Below, piece after piece: positions 13,896 to 29,389 of a stretch of DNA of 64,000 nucleotides. A model generated the notes under the pieces. That model was not told the DNA's origin. It saw nothing but the letters and a program-made list of their open reading frames with translations, and did not search any database. This DNA comes from the human T2T-CHM13v2.0 reference genome, Homo sapiens, in the NCBI RefSeq assembly GCF_009914755.1, contig NC_060939.1, one strand, 5' to 3'. The stretch's first letter is position 1, and each line of letters begins with the position of its first letter. The translations under genes and the position numbers were made by a program.

Positions 13896-15828
13896 TACTC
13901 ACCACACAGACTCTATTCTTACACAGAAATGGAATTCATATTTTTAAAGGGTGGGTGAGAGGTGGGGCAAACAATGCCTTATGGCTTTGAACCTGGATAA
14001 GCAGTCACTTACTATCGGCCAATTATGGCCAAGTGATCCATCTGACTTTTGAGATGTGTGATATTTGGCACATATTAGATAATCGATAAAGGTTAGTTCC
14101 ATTCCATTCTCTTTTTCCTTCCTTCTTTCACTTATTCGAAAGACCCATTCACATAAGAAAAATGAAAATAGAGTCACCGCTGGTTGAAAAACACATTTGC
14201 TTTATAAAAATATCTTCTTCCTTATTCTTCCGAAACTCATATCTCAAAACGGCACAAAAGCAAAGGGTCACGTGTGCTACTACTTAAGTGGGAAACATTT
14301 TCATACCTGATTGTCATCCATCTTTTTCTCCTAGAAAGGTGAGGAGCTGAAAGCCATGTAATTATTAGTTTGCCAAGACATATCCCCATTCTGCCATGAA
14401 GAAAGACAACTCGAAGGGCACCAACACGGCTTTATTCAGATCCTGTTAGCTAATAAAACAGGAACTGTAAAGGTTTTTGTTTGAGAGGAAAAGTTGTTCA
14501 ACCTTTTCCCAGGAAAGAAAGGAAGGGGTTTGCTTTCTCAGTAGGTTTATTCATATACCTGTGGTAAACCAGCCTATGAGAGAAGTAACATCTTTGCTGT
14601 AAGATCAGACCTAAGAGCTACCAATCAAATAGCAGTCCAACCTTAATATGCTGATACAGCAAATTTCCGGATCTTGATCACACTAGGCTAGGGAGTCATT
14701 CTTCTCAGTGATAAAGTTGGCGAATGCACTCTTGAGAAGATAACAAATTAAAAACCGGCTGACTCGACACCATTTGAGTGAGGAATTCACCGCTGACCCA
14801 GTAGAACACAATTTCTACCACCAGTCAGTAATCACTGGAGAGGGGCCAACTTCACTTCATAGCTGTAAAACTATTCCTAACAGAGGGTCTTGGCACACTT
14901 AAAACATAACTGTCCGATTTACCTTATGCACATCTACTGAAGTTGGTAATGACTTCCTCAACTATTTATATTCTGAGTCATACTGTGTGTGAAGGTTCAA
15001 AGATTCTCAAGCAAATTTCCCAAAACTGCTGTATTATTTGGGAGAAAAAATTCTCCCAAAAGTGCTGTATTATTTAAATGATAAAAAATGTGAAAACAAC
15101 TATATAACCAAGAGAATGTTTTCATTTTGAAAATATATTTTAAAATCTATAGAATTTCCACTAAAATATCTAGTTTTTCTATATATATGATGGGAAATGA
15201 AGTTGATATCCTCTATACATCAACCACAAGACATGATAGGGAGATAACTATTGGATTAGTTATTGTGAGACTTATGTTCTAAACTTTGAAACATGTGATC
15301 TTGGATAAAAATGCCTCATATCTATATAATAATTTTTCAGCTGTCAAATAATTCTTTTCAATTATTGATTACCACAACCAAGTGTAGGGGCATAGACTGT
15401 TATCCGCATTTAACAGATAAAGCGAGTGAGGTCAAAGTTTTCCTAACTTCTTGCCTTGCCTGTAGCACTTTCCATTACTTATGGCGTATGATAATATTAG
15501 GCTGAACCAGCTGAAATCACTAATATTTGACTTTTTGATCTACCAAAATGGCAATTCCATAAAGCATTATTTCCAGCTTTACTAGCAATTGTAATAAGGC
15601 TTTTCTTTTGCTTTTTCTATTTTTCAATTTGCTTGTTTTTTATGTCTAGCCTCACTCTCACAATCTCCCTCAATTACATTCTCTTTCTGTATTCACCAGA
15701 TGAAAAAGATAAAGTAGAAATAAATTCTAAAAATGGAAGCCCTGACCTATGAGAGGCCAGTGATTTTACACACAGAAAACTTGCCAATGAAAAATCAGGA
15801 GGTGGGGAGACTTTGCATGTTTTTAATT

Positions 15829-16135
15829 GTGTTTTGTTTTGTTTTGTTTTGTTTTTTGAGACAGGATCTCTGTTGCCCAGGCTGGACTGCCGTGGAATGA
15901 TCACGGCTTACCACAGCCTCAACTTCCCAGGCTTAAGCGATCCACCCACCTCAGCCCCCTGAATAGCTGGGACTACAGGCATGTGCCACCACACCCAGCT
16001 GATTTTTAAAATGTTTCTGTAGCGATGGCGTCTCCCTATATTGCCCAGGCTTGTCTCCAACTTGTGAGCTCAAGCGATCCTCCTGTCTCAACCTCCCAAA
16101 GTGCTAAGATTATAGGCTGAGCCACCGTGCCCAGC
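15829..16135 (-). mobile_element. Alu (AluJ-like) with (TTTTG)n tail
   Basis: Dimeric Alu; degenerate TSD actttg(ca/tg)tgtttttaa at about 15810 and 16139. Confidence 0.93.
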
Positions 16136-16339
16136 ATAACTTTGTGTGTTTTTAAAGAGGGATGTAGAAAGAAGCCTGTTTGTGATATTTAGAAAAAGGA
16201 AGTATTCCTGTCAATTCTAATTTCAAATTTCAACAGCAGTAATTAGCATTGAGAAATGATTAGCGTACATTCTATTATATGCCGCTAGAGAAATTTTCAC
16301 TCTAAGTGTTTTCTAGAATAACGACAGCATTAATACAAA

Positions 16340-16510
16340 ATAATATTTATTGAGCACTTACTCTCTTCCAGACACTCTGCTAAACACTTTATATGAATTC
16401 CTTTGTTTAATTCTCATCATCCTATGAGAGTTGACATTTTCCACATGAAGAAACTAAGGCTTAGAGAGGTGGAGCAATTTGCCCAAGGTCTTATAGGTAA
16501 CAGTGCAGAA
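16340..16510 (-). mobile_element. MIR fragment
   Basis: atttattgagcacttact...atgaagaaactaaggcttagagaggtggagcaatttgcccaaggtc. Confidence 0.8.
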
Positions 16511-16714
16511 ACAGGGATGACACCAATTGACTGCATCCTATGATGGCTATCTCTGAGAGCTCAGAGTCCATCTGTCCAGAATTTCCCATTCTCCTATAAA
16601 ACCTCATAACATTTCTATACCCTATTGAGTAATTCATGCCAAGATTTTGTGGTTGATCAACTTAAGACAATAGGAAATATACATTCGACTATGAACGTAA
16701 GCATCCTGGGGACA

Positions 16715-16810
16715 GGCACTGGGGTTTTCCTATCCCTCCTTACTCCTAGCACATAGAACAGTGCCTGGCACATCATAGGCACTGATGAAATACTTGTTAG
16801 AAATAAAATA
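16715..16810 (+). mobile_element. L2 3' end fragment
   Basis: cctagcacatagaacagtgcctggcacatcataggcactgatgaaatacttgtt. Confidence 0.7.
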
Positions 16811-19800
16811 AATATAATTCTTCCCTGTGTGTGTGTGTTTTTCCCCCCACTTCCTAGAGCCTCACTTTCAACTGTTTTCCTCATGAGAATGTGGAGAGCT
16901 CTCAACATTAAACAACATTACTCGACTTCGGAAACCTTCCACCACTGCCACAGCCACCACCACCTTCAACCTTGCTGTAAGCAGTAAAATTGATTCATCT
17001 CACTGACAAAAATGTGATAAAAGAACGCCAACCACAGAGGTGGAGAAACCACTCCTTCTCCTTGAACAAATGCTGCTTTCTGATGCCCCTGATTGCTTTT
17101 CTTTTCTCGCTAAGGTTCACTAAGTACGGAAAGCTCGGCCCTGGTGAATATGGGTCAGGTTTGTAATGCAACAACTCCACCCCTTTCATTACCATGGAAT
17201 CAGTTAACAATCCTGCTAGTTCTACCACAAAAAATAAAGTAATTGGTCCCAGTGGTTATTTAGGTGCTGCGGAAGTCTTAAAAACACTATTATCTCCCGT
17301 AGTGATTTGCTAGCCTTTCCATACTCCAAGCAGCACATTGGGACTTCTAAATTACATACCATAATTGACATAAAATATCTGTCCCATCAGTGAATATCTT
17401 TATTAGCATCAAAATCACTCACAACTAGTGTTCCTCAATGTTATTAAACATAACTTGTTCTAGGTGTTGCTTTACTAATTAGTCAGGATGAGCCCGAGGA
17501 AGAAAATCTGGGTCATGTTAAATTAATTGGAATGAGCATGAAAATTAGCAGAGCAAACTGCATCAATTTTCTATAGAGAGTCTTTCTTCATGTTGAGAAT
17601 AAAAATGGATATTATGAGGCATTAACCAAACTGCCTTCTGTGACTGCCAAGAGGTGTGTTACAGTAGCCCAAAATATCATGCTCGCAGATTTTCAGAAGT
17701 TAATGAGACATTTCCAGGAATGGTAAATACATGGTGTTAAAATGGGTGTGCCTCTGATGGGAAAATGCCAAGTCATTTCATGTTTATTCAGGCATAACAA
17801 GCTCTTCAAAATGAGCATAATTTAAGAGGTGAATAGTGCAAAGAGGGCTAACATTCAACTAATTTTCCTTCAGAAAGAAAAGATTAAATTGAACAAAAAA
17901 AATGAATTAAGAGGTTTACAAATCAACAAGTCAGCCACCAGGACGGCAGCTTCGCCTGAGCACCGGCTCGGCAGCCCCCGCCAGAAAGTTTTCGAAACAT
18001 GTCCCGGAGGCAGGGAACAAAGCGAGCAGAACTGATTACAGCCCCGCTCACTGCCTTGTGTCTCAACTCTGTTTGGCTTCCTAATGAGCTCACTAAAAAC
18101 CTAATTCATCTCCCATAACCCTCCTCAGCCCTCCTTGAAATCCACCATTATGGAAATTATAGATGAAACATTTCCAGGCTGGGTTCAAACCAGTGTGTCT
18201 TCAACAGGCGGGGGCCCTGACCCCCACCCTGGGCACAATGGAGCAGGGTCCAGCTCCGAACCGCTCCCGCGGCAGCTTCCAGAATAAAGAGGCCGAGCTA
18301 GGTTAAGACTCTTTCTCAGGGTGACAATGATTTCCGCCTTAACGCCCTCCCTCCCATGAATGTGGGAATTTCGTGGGTTCCACAGTACATAAAATACAAA
18401 TTGTAATGCAGAAGAGGAGAAATGAGTTGTACTAATGACAAATAGCTGAAACAGGCTAATGTGAATTCCCAGCCTGTTCATGAGGAAACTCCCCGGGTTC
18501 CTCATTACATGGAGTCAAATCCTCACGGCACCTAGCCTGTAACTGGAAGATTACCGAATTGATGGATCCTTAGTTTAAAATGCAGCTGTTTTATTCTGCT
18601 TTAGTAATTAATTCTTTTTCCAATACTCTATTGATTAAGCGTAGACCCTGATAAAGTTCAAACTGAGAAGAATCTCTCGTGGCGTCCTTAGTTGCTCGGG
18701 AGAGTCAATGAAAACTTCCTACAATTCCACCTGCCTCCTCAGAGTGCTGATCCAATGAACAGAACAGTTTTTTTCTCATAAATTAGTCAGGCCATGTGGA
18801 GCTGTATTAGCTGATCGTTGCTTTTGTCTCTCTACTTGCTGACTTGCTTTTCAGTTTTGCTGGCCTTTGTGCTGTCACACACAAAGTCGGAGTGCAGCTG
18901 CCATTCTGAACCCAAACCAAGGTAAAGAACAATTCATACAAACTACATTTTTCCCCCATTTTCTAAAGCGGCAACTCCCTGAGCAGTAAAGGGCTCAACG
19001 GGGCCTCCTGGGACCCAACTAGCTGAGAAATCAGTGCCAAAGCATGCAGACATATTGTGGAACTGAAAAAATAAATAAATAAATAAATAAAGTAACCTAT
19101 TTTTTTCAAGGCTTTACTAGGCTTTTTTGTCTTTTTTCCCCCCGGTAGAGTTTGTGCTACCCTATTTTCAGCAATGTTAAGCTCTCTACTTTGTTTTCAC
19201 AGAGAACATCACAGAATGACAGACGACAGGGTAAAGAGAGTAATCAAGAAGCCGAGGCTTGTATCCTGTGCTGGTCAGGTGGCATCAGAGAGTTAGAGAA
19301 CGCCTATTAACCACACGGGCGTGGAGTGTAACCATATATAAATGGCCATTATAAACACAATGGTATTTAGTAATAAGAGGAATCACCAACATGGTGCTTC
19401 TTTTCAAAGGGTCACATGTACCGGGGATCAATGTTGGTGAGTAAAACAAGCACGATAACAGAAAGTTTCTCAGGTTACAGCCCTGTACAATGGATTTTTG
19501 TTCCTACGAAGATCATCGCTACTGGGAATGCTTCTACAGCAATGGACTCATTCTTTTCTCCCTACTCCCCCCACACCCACCTAAGGCCCCCAAAGGATCG
19601 TGCATGGGCTTAATTCCCTGCCTGAAAACAGGTCAAGATGTGGGTTCCAGCCCACGAGCTGGTAGGGAGAACAACTGATTTCTCAAGTCACTTGCAACAC
19701 ACATTTATAGGATAACTCATATTATTTTTCACTCTATTACACAGGGTGGGAGTAATAGTAAAGGTCTGGAAGAATTTTAGGAAACGCTCTCAAGTTTTTA

Positions 19801-19928
19801 TCGTCTGATACTACAGTCAAAGCGAAAACCAAGCTAGATCCTGTGAGCAGAGAAGCTGGGGCTGTTTTCAACGTTCTCTCCTGGGCCAGGGCTGAGAGTA
19901 CATTCCCACCTTCACAGCATTCCTTCCT

Positions 19929-19942
19929 AGGTCAAAAGGTCA
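19929..19942 (+). promoter_or_regulatory. DR2 nuclear-receptor element (RARE-type) AGGTCAaaAGGTCA
   Basis: Two perfect AGGTCA half-sites spaced by 2 nt, not within an Alu. Confidence 0.5.
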
Positions 19943-21072
19943 TCTCTCACAGACGTCTCCGGCAGACACTCAGTTGTCAAAAGGTTGTATCATGTGATCT
20001 GTGCAGTCACCACTAACAGAGCTCTTTCCTCAGTGGGCAACAAACTTTGCAGGTCTAAATGATTTCTGCATTAAAAATGTGTTTTCCTCTTTCTATTACC
20101 ACTTGTCTCTTTAATTTCAAAACAATGAGGACAGCAGTGGCACCAAATTCATCAGCAAAGGCTCCACAGATCACCTGGGTCAAGATTCCACCACTTTTAC
20201 TGGGCATATTATGAGGAAAAATAACTGCCAGAGGACATGTTGATTTCCTGCATTTCCAAAGAAAACAGAGGTGACCCTTTTCCAGGGGATTTCTTTCAAA
20301 AGGAAAACCCCATTTTTAAAGCAAACATACATATTTTGAATAAATACAAAATTACAAATAGAAAAAATGATCTAAAAGAAAAGACTGTTCTGTAAGAATC
20401 ATTAAAAAATTAAGATAACTTTTTGATTAATGCATATATTCACTTGTATTTAAATGACCAACAATCTACATAGTTTATGACAAGGTACAAAAACAAAAAC
20501 GAGGAGATAAGTTTATTTGCCCAGTGCCCAGAACTGATGCAAAGTTTGCCCTCAGTGATCTGTAACACACAAAAGGTCCCAGTTACTAGGGGAGCAGACT
20601 GCTTTTTTATTTTTTTAATTTCCTGCTGCCCAGATGAATAATATAACAATTTTCTCATTGTCGTGGATTGTTACTTAGAGCAGCTTGAAGCTCTCACATG
20701 CAATCCAGAATGAGTCATTTATTTCTAGAAGGGAGTCAAACGAGTCTATCAACATTGCTTCTATTTATAAATTATATATTTAAGAGTAAAGTAAAATAGT
20801 CATGGCTGACATGTTACATATGGGAGATAAAGAATTACAGGCTCTTTCAAATTATTTGGCCTAGTACTAAGCAATAGAAGCTAAGGACACTGATAATTTC
20901 TGTACAGCTAAGCATTACGTGCACTTGTTTATTCAAAAAAGCTTAATTAAATAGCCTCAGAAATGGGATCCAAGTTATTACATGTCTTTAGGATACTGAG
21001 GCTTGCAGATAAATAAAATTTTCCTAAGTGTACTGCCTTCTTTTTTTTTTTTAATTAAAAAATGTACTTTTA

Positions 21073-21643
<571 letters not shown>

Positions 21644-24614
21644 AAACTCTCTAAGAGTTACATTTTTCAAAATTCATTTTGGGCTTCAACATACCACCTT
21701 TTAGCTACCTTGGATTAACAGGAACTGACAAAAATACATATTCTTAAGAAAGTATATAGTTTTGTTTGGTGTAATCTACAAACTTTAAGGTCTCTGGTTC
21801 TACACACTTTTCTTAGGGTAGGTATTTCAGTGTTCTACAAACCGTATCATGGAGTGTTCAATTAAGCACATATTCTACATTGACACTTTAGTTCCAGGAA
21901 GTTATCGTGTACCACCATATTTGCCAGTTTAGTATCTGTAACCCCTGAACGTGTGCTCTATACGTTTCATGGGGTGTTTGGAAGGTAATTGAAAATAAAA
22001 AATTATGACACAGACTCAAAAAGAAAAAAAAACTACATGAGAGAAGAAATTGGTTTCTGAACTTTTCAAATAAGACTGGGTGGGACCCAGCTAAACAAGG
22101 TGAATAAAACACATGTTTATGATCTCGTAATGATTCTAAGCTCATCACCATTTCTGTTACTGTGAATCTGATGCTTGGCATTTGGCATCAGCTACAGAGT
22201 GCAGGGATTCGGTACAATTTTAACAATTGTAGAGAATGGCCCTAAAAATAAGAACTTGTGGGCTGGAATCATGTTTTATCTGCCAAGGGAATCTGGGAAG
22301 GAAAACAGGTGTTTAATAATGAAGTGGTATGAATTTAATTATCATCTACTTTGAGGGTATCACACACTTGGCAGCCTTATCAATCAAGGAAGGAAATTAA
22401 TGAAAAAGTTAAGAACTCTCTACAGAGAATACATGATGCAGTTAGTAATTTTAAATAGGCATGGTTAGGTCCTGTACAGATTTGTATCTGATCCTCTTAG
22501 GGGGTGCGGCTACCCAAGGCTGCATTTTTCATCCTGTGGTATTACCTTACCTGAATATAGGACTCCAGCTCTAGATATCCCATCTATAAAGTCAAAATAA
22601 ACCTTCTCACTGGGTGCACACAAATATTCTTCTAACTGTAGCAATGAAGAAGGGGTCAAACAGATGGAAGATGGGGATTAAAGGGATTGGGATGCCTTCT
22701 TGAAAGGCATCATGTTAAAGTGCTGCAATATACCAGGTGCCCTAAGAGAAGGTCATCGAGGCCGGCAGAAGTGTTTAAGGGCAGAGATAGCTAATTAAAT
22801 TTCACCCAGGAAACAGACTAGTTTCTATAATCCATAAAATACTATACAAAACAATGACTGCACTCGTATTTATAAAATATCTTTAACATATAGGTCTTTA
22901 GGGTAAAATCACCAAACTACTAAGATGAGGGTTTGTAGTTGCAGAGGTAGCCGCACTAAAAATTTACACATTAAGAATATCTTCAGAAGCAGCTGGTTGC
23001 CATGTCTACCTTGTTAAGTCATTCATTAGGGACTTGAGCTAGCATAAAATCTTTCAATACTTGCCTTTAACACTTTAAAAAATCCTAAATGACAAAATTA
23101 TTTCTTTGAAATAAATTATAAAAGGAGGCAGGAATTCTGGACTTTTGGGGAGATGGTTGTAGAAACTAAGATTTACAGTCACCAAACGAGTTTTTCTGAA
23201 ACTTTTCAGAAGTATAGCATTTCCTCTTAACTTTCAAAATCTGGATATCTTCCTATAAATAAAATGGCAGCCATAAAACATCTTAAAATAACTTTTCAAA
23301 AAATCTTAAAACTGTTTGAAAAAAGCAAGCAGGATATTTTAAAAATTAATATAATTTAAAAATTTCAAAATAAAATGTTTTATTTCTTCAAGTAAATGTC
23401 TTAGGGGAAATTATAGCTAGACCAGAACTTGGAGCTCCTGACACACTAGTGTCAGTCATCAGCTCAGAAGCCTACTAAAGGTTTTCACGCTGCCTGAGGA
23501 GCAACAAGTTATAATAAAAGACTCAAGAACTTTCCACAGATTCAGGTGCCCAGGTAAGGCAGTGTGACCCATGACTCACAGCTCTCTGATCTCCAGGCCA
23601 ATACTCTGTGCATGTGGCACTAACTTGACAAGCTAGTCCTCCCTCTTACTGATGCCCTTGGCATAATTTCAATGCCCAGCCTAGGAACAGCAGGGGCCTA
23701 AGTATCATTACAGTGTGACAGATTCTGACTTGTTTTCTTAGAGAAAAAGAAGGATTGCTAAAGTAGGCCAAGAAAATCATTTGTGAATGTCCCTCCTTCT
23801 ATGTCAAAACTTGTAATAAGCAGTAGAAATCAATAAAGTTTTAGTTGCAAAAACATAAGGCCACAGAAGGGATGGTATACTCCAAGGATGTAGTCAAAGA
23901 GACAGAAGGAGAGATCTTTCACAAAGAAGACGGAAACGTACAACTTTACTGTCTTCTTGCTTTGTCAGTGATCTTGTCCTACGATCATGGAGATTGAACA
24001 GGCCAATATTTAAATCAAAACAAATATCCATGCTCATCCTCTACAACTTCCCAGGAGAAATTCCAATCAGATCCTTCACAAATTCTAATTTTATCCTAGT
24101 GAGGGCAACTGTATGGCATCAAATTTACATATAAGGACCCCTGAAGAATTTAACCAAATTTACCTTCTTCTGTTGAATTCTGTTATGTGCCATATGTTTT
24201 TGGAATGTATTTTTAAAAATTGGAAACCAGTGATTTCTGTGCCTTAATCATCATCCTGTTCATCAAGATCAGTAGCTTAGAAAACTTTGTTCACTTGACA
24301 CTTGAAATGATGTCAGAGAAATGTTCATCTTCAAGGATGGGGTAAGACGTCTCTTCAGTATGGCAATTCCAAACTATCAGTAATTTTCTAAAACCATATA
24401 TGGCATTACAAGCCTGTCACCAAATCAATACTTACAGGGTGGATTTTTAGAAAAGAGCTGATCTCCGTTACCATTATGACCTAGAAAGCATCAAAACAAC
24501 TTTACTGAAATGTCCAGGCATATGATAGAAAATACCAAAACCCACCTGAAGCTTTCAGAATGAGGGAACATCTCTAGCCCATATTTTAGGTCTGACAACA
24601 GGTATCTAAGAGCA

Positions 24615-24745
24615 TTTTGTTTTTTCTTTTAGAGATAAGGTCTCACTATGTTGCTCAGGGTGGACGCAAACTTCTGGCCTCAGGTGATCTTCCTGCCTCA
24701 GCCTCCCAAATAGATGGGATTACTGGCGTGCACTACTGTGCAGGA
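24615..24745 (-). mobile_element. Alu monomer (FLAM-like)
   Basis: agagataaggtctcactatgttgctcagg...gcctcccaaatagatgggattactggcgtg; single arm only. Confidence 0.8.
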
Positions 24746-24789
24746 CTGCTAGGTATCCGACATCATTTGACAACTTTTCTTGCAGACAG

Positions 24790-25015
24790 GGTGTGGTACC
24801 CTGGTTAAGTGTCTGGATTTAGGGATTAGATAGACCTGATTTACAATCTTAGCCCCACCACTTTCTAGATATTCCAGGTAAAGGGAAGTTTCTTAGTCTC
24901 TCTAAGCCTCAGTTTTCCCAACTGAAAAACCCACACAAGCTTATGAGGATTAAATTATACTAAACGTACAGCACAATGTTGGGCATAGAGTAGCTGTCAA
25001 GCATTAGCTATAATA
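24790..25015 (+). mobile_element. MIR
   Basis: tggttaag...tagacctg...tctctctaagcctcagtttt...tgaggattaaat. Confidence 0.7.
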
Positions 25016-28000
25016 ATGATGATAATCTTGCTATTGCTGCCATATTTGGGTATACATATCATAGGTACTTTTCCTTGATCTAGCACTTTTTTCTGTCTAT
25101 CAATGGTAATAATCAAATAGAACTGAGTCTCAGATTACGATAAAGCTAGTATCTGGAAAGATGGTGATTGAATTCCAGATGGCACTCTTTAAAATTTTTA
25201 AACAAGAAATTAGTTCACATATCACATTAGCTTTTCTCCTTCCTAATAGCATATGACACTATAAAGAAGCCATGAAAAATGAACTAATATAAAGAGAAAA
25301 TATTTCTTCACCAATGGGTGTTAAGCTGCAAGATCTGTGTTGAAATTCTTGCTTAAGTCAAACAGTTCTTAGGCTAGAACTGGTCAAGATTTGAAACAAA
25401 ACGATTTTTTTGTCCCATATATGAAAAACTTGATCAGAAGGATTTTATGGTGGGTTAAGTAATGATATGCGAAGACAGCATTTAGTCTGTAAAAGCAAAA
25501 ACTAAATAGAACTTAAGGTCCAGTGATAACTTACACATTATCTCAACCAAAATAAAATAACATATTTTAAAACTTAAGATATCAAAAGAGAGAAAATACC
25601 TCATTTGTGTCTCCATACAATATATCAACTAAATAGAAAACTAGGAAATTAAAGACATCTGTGTACATATCCACTTATTTTCAGGACAGAAAGCAAACCA
25701 GCAATGCAGATACTACGTTAGTATATAATGCTGATAAGAAATCTCTATTTTTTCTATTTTTCTTTTGTATATTTACATAAAAACATATTTACAACGTAAA
25801 TATGTAGTAATATATATGACCCCAATTGTAAACAAAAAACCATATCACTTATAAAAGTTTAAAATAAAAAGGACATTATGAATAATATTAGCAATCCTTA
25901 CAGCAAATGATACAATAAAACATATTTGCACAGGCAAAGTGAATTGATTAGTTACATTTAGGCTAATTTCTTACTGCTATGCAAAATGGAATACTATTTT
26001 TGATTTTCATTAGTCAAAATAATTGAATAATTGGTCAACTTTCAAATTAATTTTAACTGTGTAGACACCATCGACATTGTCCTAGAACTTGAGCAAAGGA
26101 AGGTTATAAGAACACTTACGCATGGGAAAATGGATTGGATTGGAGTATCAAAAGCCATTGTCTTTAAGAAATCCTGAAACTCTATAGGTTTTAAGAAAGT
26201 CAGGATTAACTTCTCTTTAAACCACAAACCCAATCCAGTGAGTAAAAATCAACAAACAACTACAACATTTCTAAAGAGGGAATAAATTATCTATTGTCTG
26301 GTATCATTTCTTAGGCAACTAATTCCCATTGAAATGTTGAGCCAAAGATAACTAGATATTTTCAAAATGTGCTTTTTAGATCTTTAGCACAGAAAACTTT
26401 GAACATAGGATACTACGTGATTTTGAAATTATGCTGAAATATCATTCTCATTCCTATGATCACTCATGATGTAATATTTTTCAGAAGTTTTCAAGATCAG
26501 GTCAACTAGAGATTAGAAGTACTTACATAGTCTCAATTCAAAGTATGCCCTTTCAAAAGTGCATAATGTAAATTCTGGAAGCCCTTAGGTAGGTGGCAGT
26601 TTAAGCACTTTATATAGTGAACTGCTGGCAATGAAATGTAAGGTCACAACATCTAGACATGTGGCTTCATGCTTTTGACACTACTATAGGCACTGAGATA
26701 CATTTCTGGAGATTTGTCAGGAACAACCCTGGAAGTCAAGAACTAAAGAGAGTGTCAAGAAATTCTTTAGAGGAAAAATACTGCCAAAGAGTTGAGAAAG
26801 CCCTGATTGGCTCTTTTTTATTTTGTAGTGGGGCAAAAATAACTCTCTCAGAATACTGAGGATACCTTTAAGTAATTTCGGAGCTCTGAAGAATTTGAAC
26901 AACACGTGTGACTGACAACTGTGGTTTGAATACTGCAGAAGCACCTTTCAATTAAAGAGTGTGGTTTTATTTTACTGCTTCAATATTTCAAGCCAGATAA
27001 AAACAAGATGCTAAGCCAATTTATAACAAAAAAGAAATCAACTTGGCTTAATTTTTAAAGCCCATCTAGAGAACACTTCCAGTAGGTTACAGAGGTGATT
27101 AAGCGGTGTTGGTGAGCAAATTTAAAAGAAAATTGAAATGAGCAGCTTTGAGAAAGTCCTTTTTTATTCACACAAAAATATCTTTTAAAAACCCACGATA
27201 TAAAATATTCACTAACTCTTCAGTTTTTTGATCCAGTTGAATGTGTTACTAATGGAATTGGCAGACTTTCTTGGGGTAGCAGATCTTATTATTCCCAAAG
27301 TCAGTGGAGGTTTGATGCAAAGAGCAAATGCTAAAACACAAATAAGCATTTTTACTTATATATAAGTTGATGACTATGACATAGGAGTTTTGGAAAGTCC
27401 CACAAGAGAAGTAGTCTCATTATCTTAGCCTTCAGCACCTCTTGTATTCTTTGCCATTTCTAAGAACAAGGAGAAGATAACTAACCCTTTAGAATTGCCA
27501 ATTTAATTTCTAATGGCTCTCTTTTCTAATCAAAGTGACCCTATGGATCTAACCAATATAAATTGGAAAAATAAAAAAAATTGGTTTTTCAAAGTGTAAA
27601 TCACTGATTTAAAAAATCACTAGCAAGAGGCTTATGATGGCTCAGGCTCCAGTTTAACTTGAAGAAATAAAAATAAAGGGTTGTAATAAAGAAATAATAG
27701 AAGCGTGGCAGCCTTTTGATTAGAGAAATGACATGAGGGTTTTAATGACTTTCTCAGGACAGTCACTTGCCTTAATTAAATTTTACATCATTTGTGAACT
27801 GAATACCTTTTATGCAAAAGGTAAAGAACAAGAAAATTTTAAATGGCTTTGTCTTCATTCTTCTGCTTCCTCTTTCTATCGTGACAGTCAAGTAACTGAC
27901 CCTCTCCAAGGCCAAGCCACTTCATCTGGAAAATGGGGATAAATCTGAAAAATTCTGGGGGAATCAAACAAAAATTTATGTAAAAATGCATTAGAAACCT

Positions 28001-28198
28001 ACATTAAGAAAGGTAACACTAAATATACAGTATTCCTTTGCAGACATAACTTGAGTTTTAAATAATATCATTTGAAAAGTAATAGATACAGCATGCTAGA
28101 GTTGGAGAAAACTTAGAAATCCCCTAACATCCTAATCACACAGAAATGTGAGTCCATGAGAGCTTAAAGAGATAATGATAGTATTAAGAGCAACTAAC

Positions 28199-28735
<537 letters not shown>

Positions 28736-29389
28736 TAACAGATGGTTATAACGTGCCAGGTATACATTATCACCTTATGCCTTCCACCAAATTCCTTTAC
28801 AAGGTAAAAGCCTAGTTTATAGGTAGTAAAGAATGGAACCTTGCCCAGGCTCTCCCACCCTTATGTCTGAGCCCATAACCTCCAGGCCTCCTAAAGCTGT
28901 CCCACGTCATACCTCCAACTGAATTGGGGCTAACTAGAAGGCCCACATTCAGACTCTGGTCTGCTGAGCTCACTTTCTTCTGGTCTTTAGGCAGAAAACA
29001 GAAATCAGAAATTAAAAAAAAAAAAAAAATTAGAATGGGACAGCATTTGACTGAGTACCAAACCATGGTACACAGGAAACTGAGAATTTTGACCTCATAC
29101 TTCTCCCAGATTTGAAGCCTTTTCCTGAGACTCCTTCTGCTCCAAACCCTGCCCATGTTTGTATGTCTGTGTTATAAAACAAACAAACAAAAAACAGAAG
29201 AAAATAGAGAAAGAAAGTGTCTTGAGCTATTGTTCTCTTGTTTTAAGAAATCATATTATACTGTATCCTGAAATAGAAATTTACAGAAAGTGATAAGTGA
29301 TGTGGGCTTAAAGTTCAAGCTATGGAACCAAAACTAATAAAGCCGGTGGTCACATGCATATTATTATCACTTAATTGCTATTATTATTA

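Noticed and set aside
22540-22570. Recursive-splice-like sense motif tattcag|gtaagg (also ttatag|gtaagc near 41030)
   Set aside because: The pyrimidine tracts are poor; a saw-tooth nascent RNA profile would be needed to support it.
27431-27450. REST/NRSE-like TTCAGCACC
   Set aside because: The right half-site is absent.
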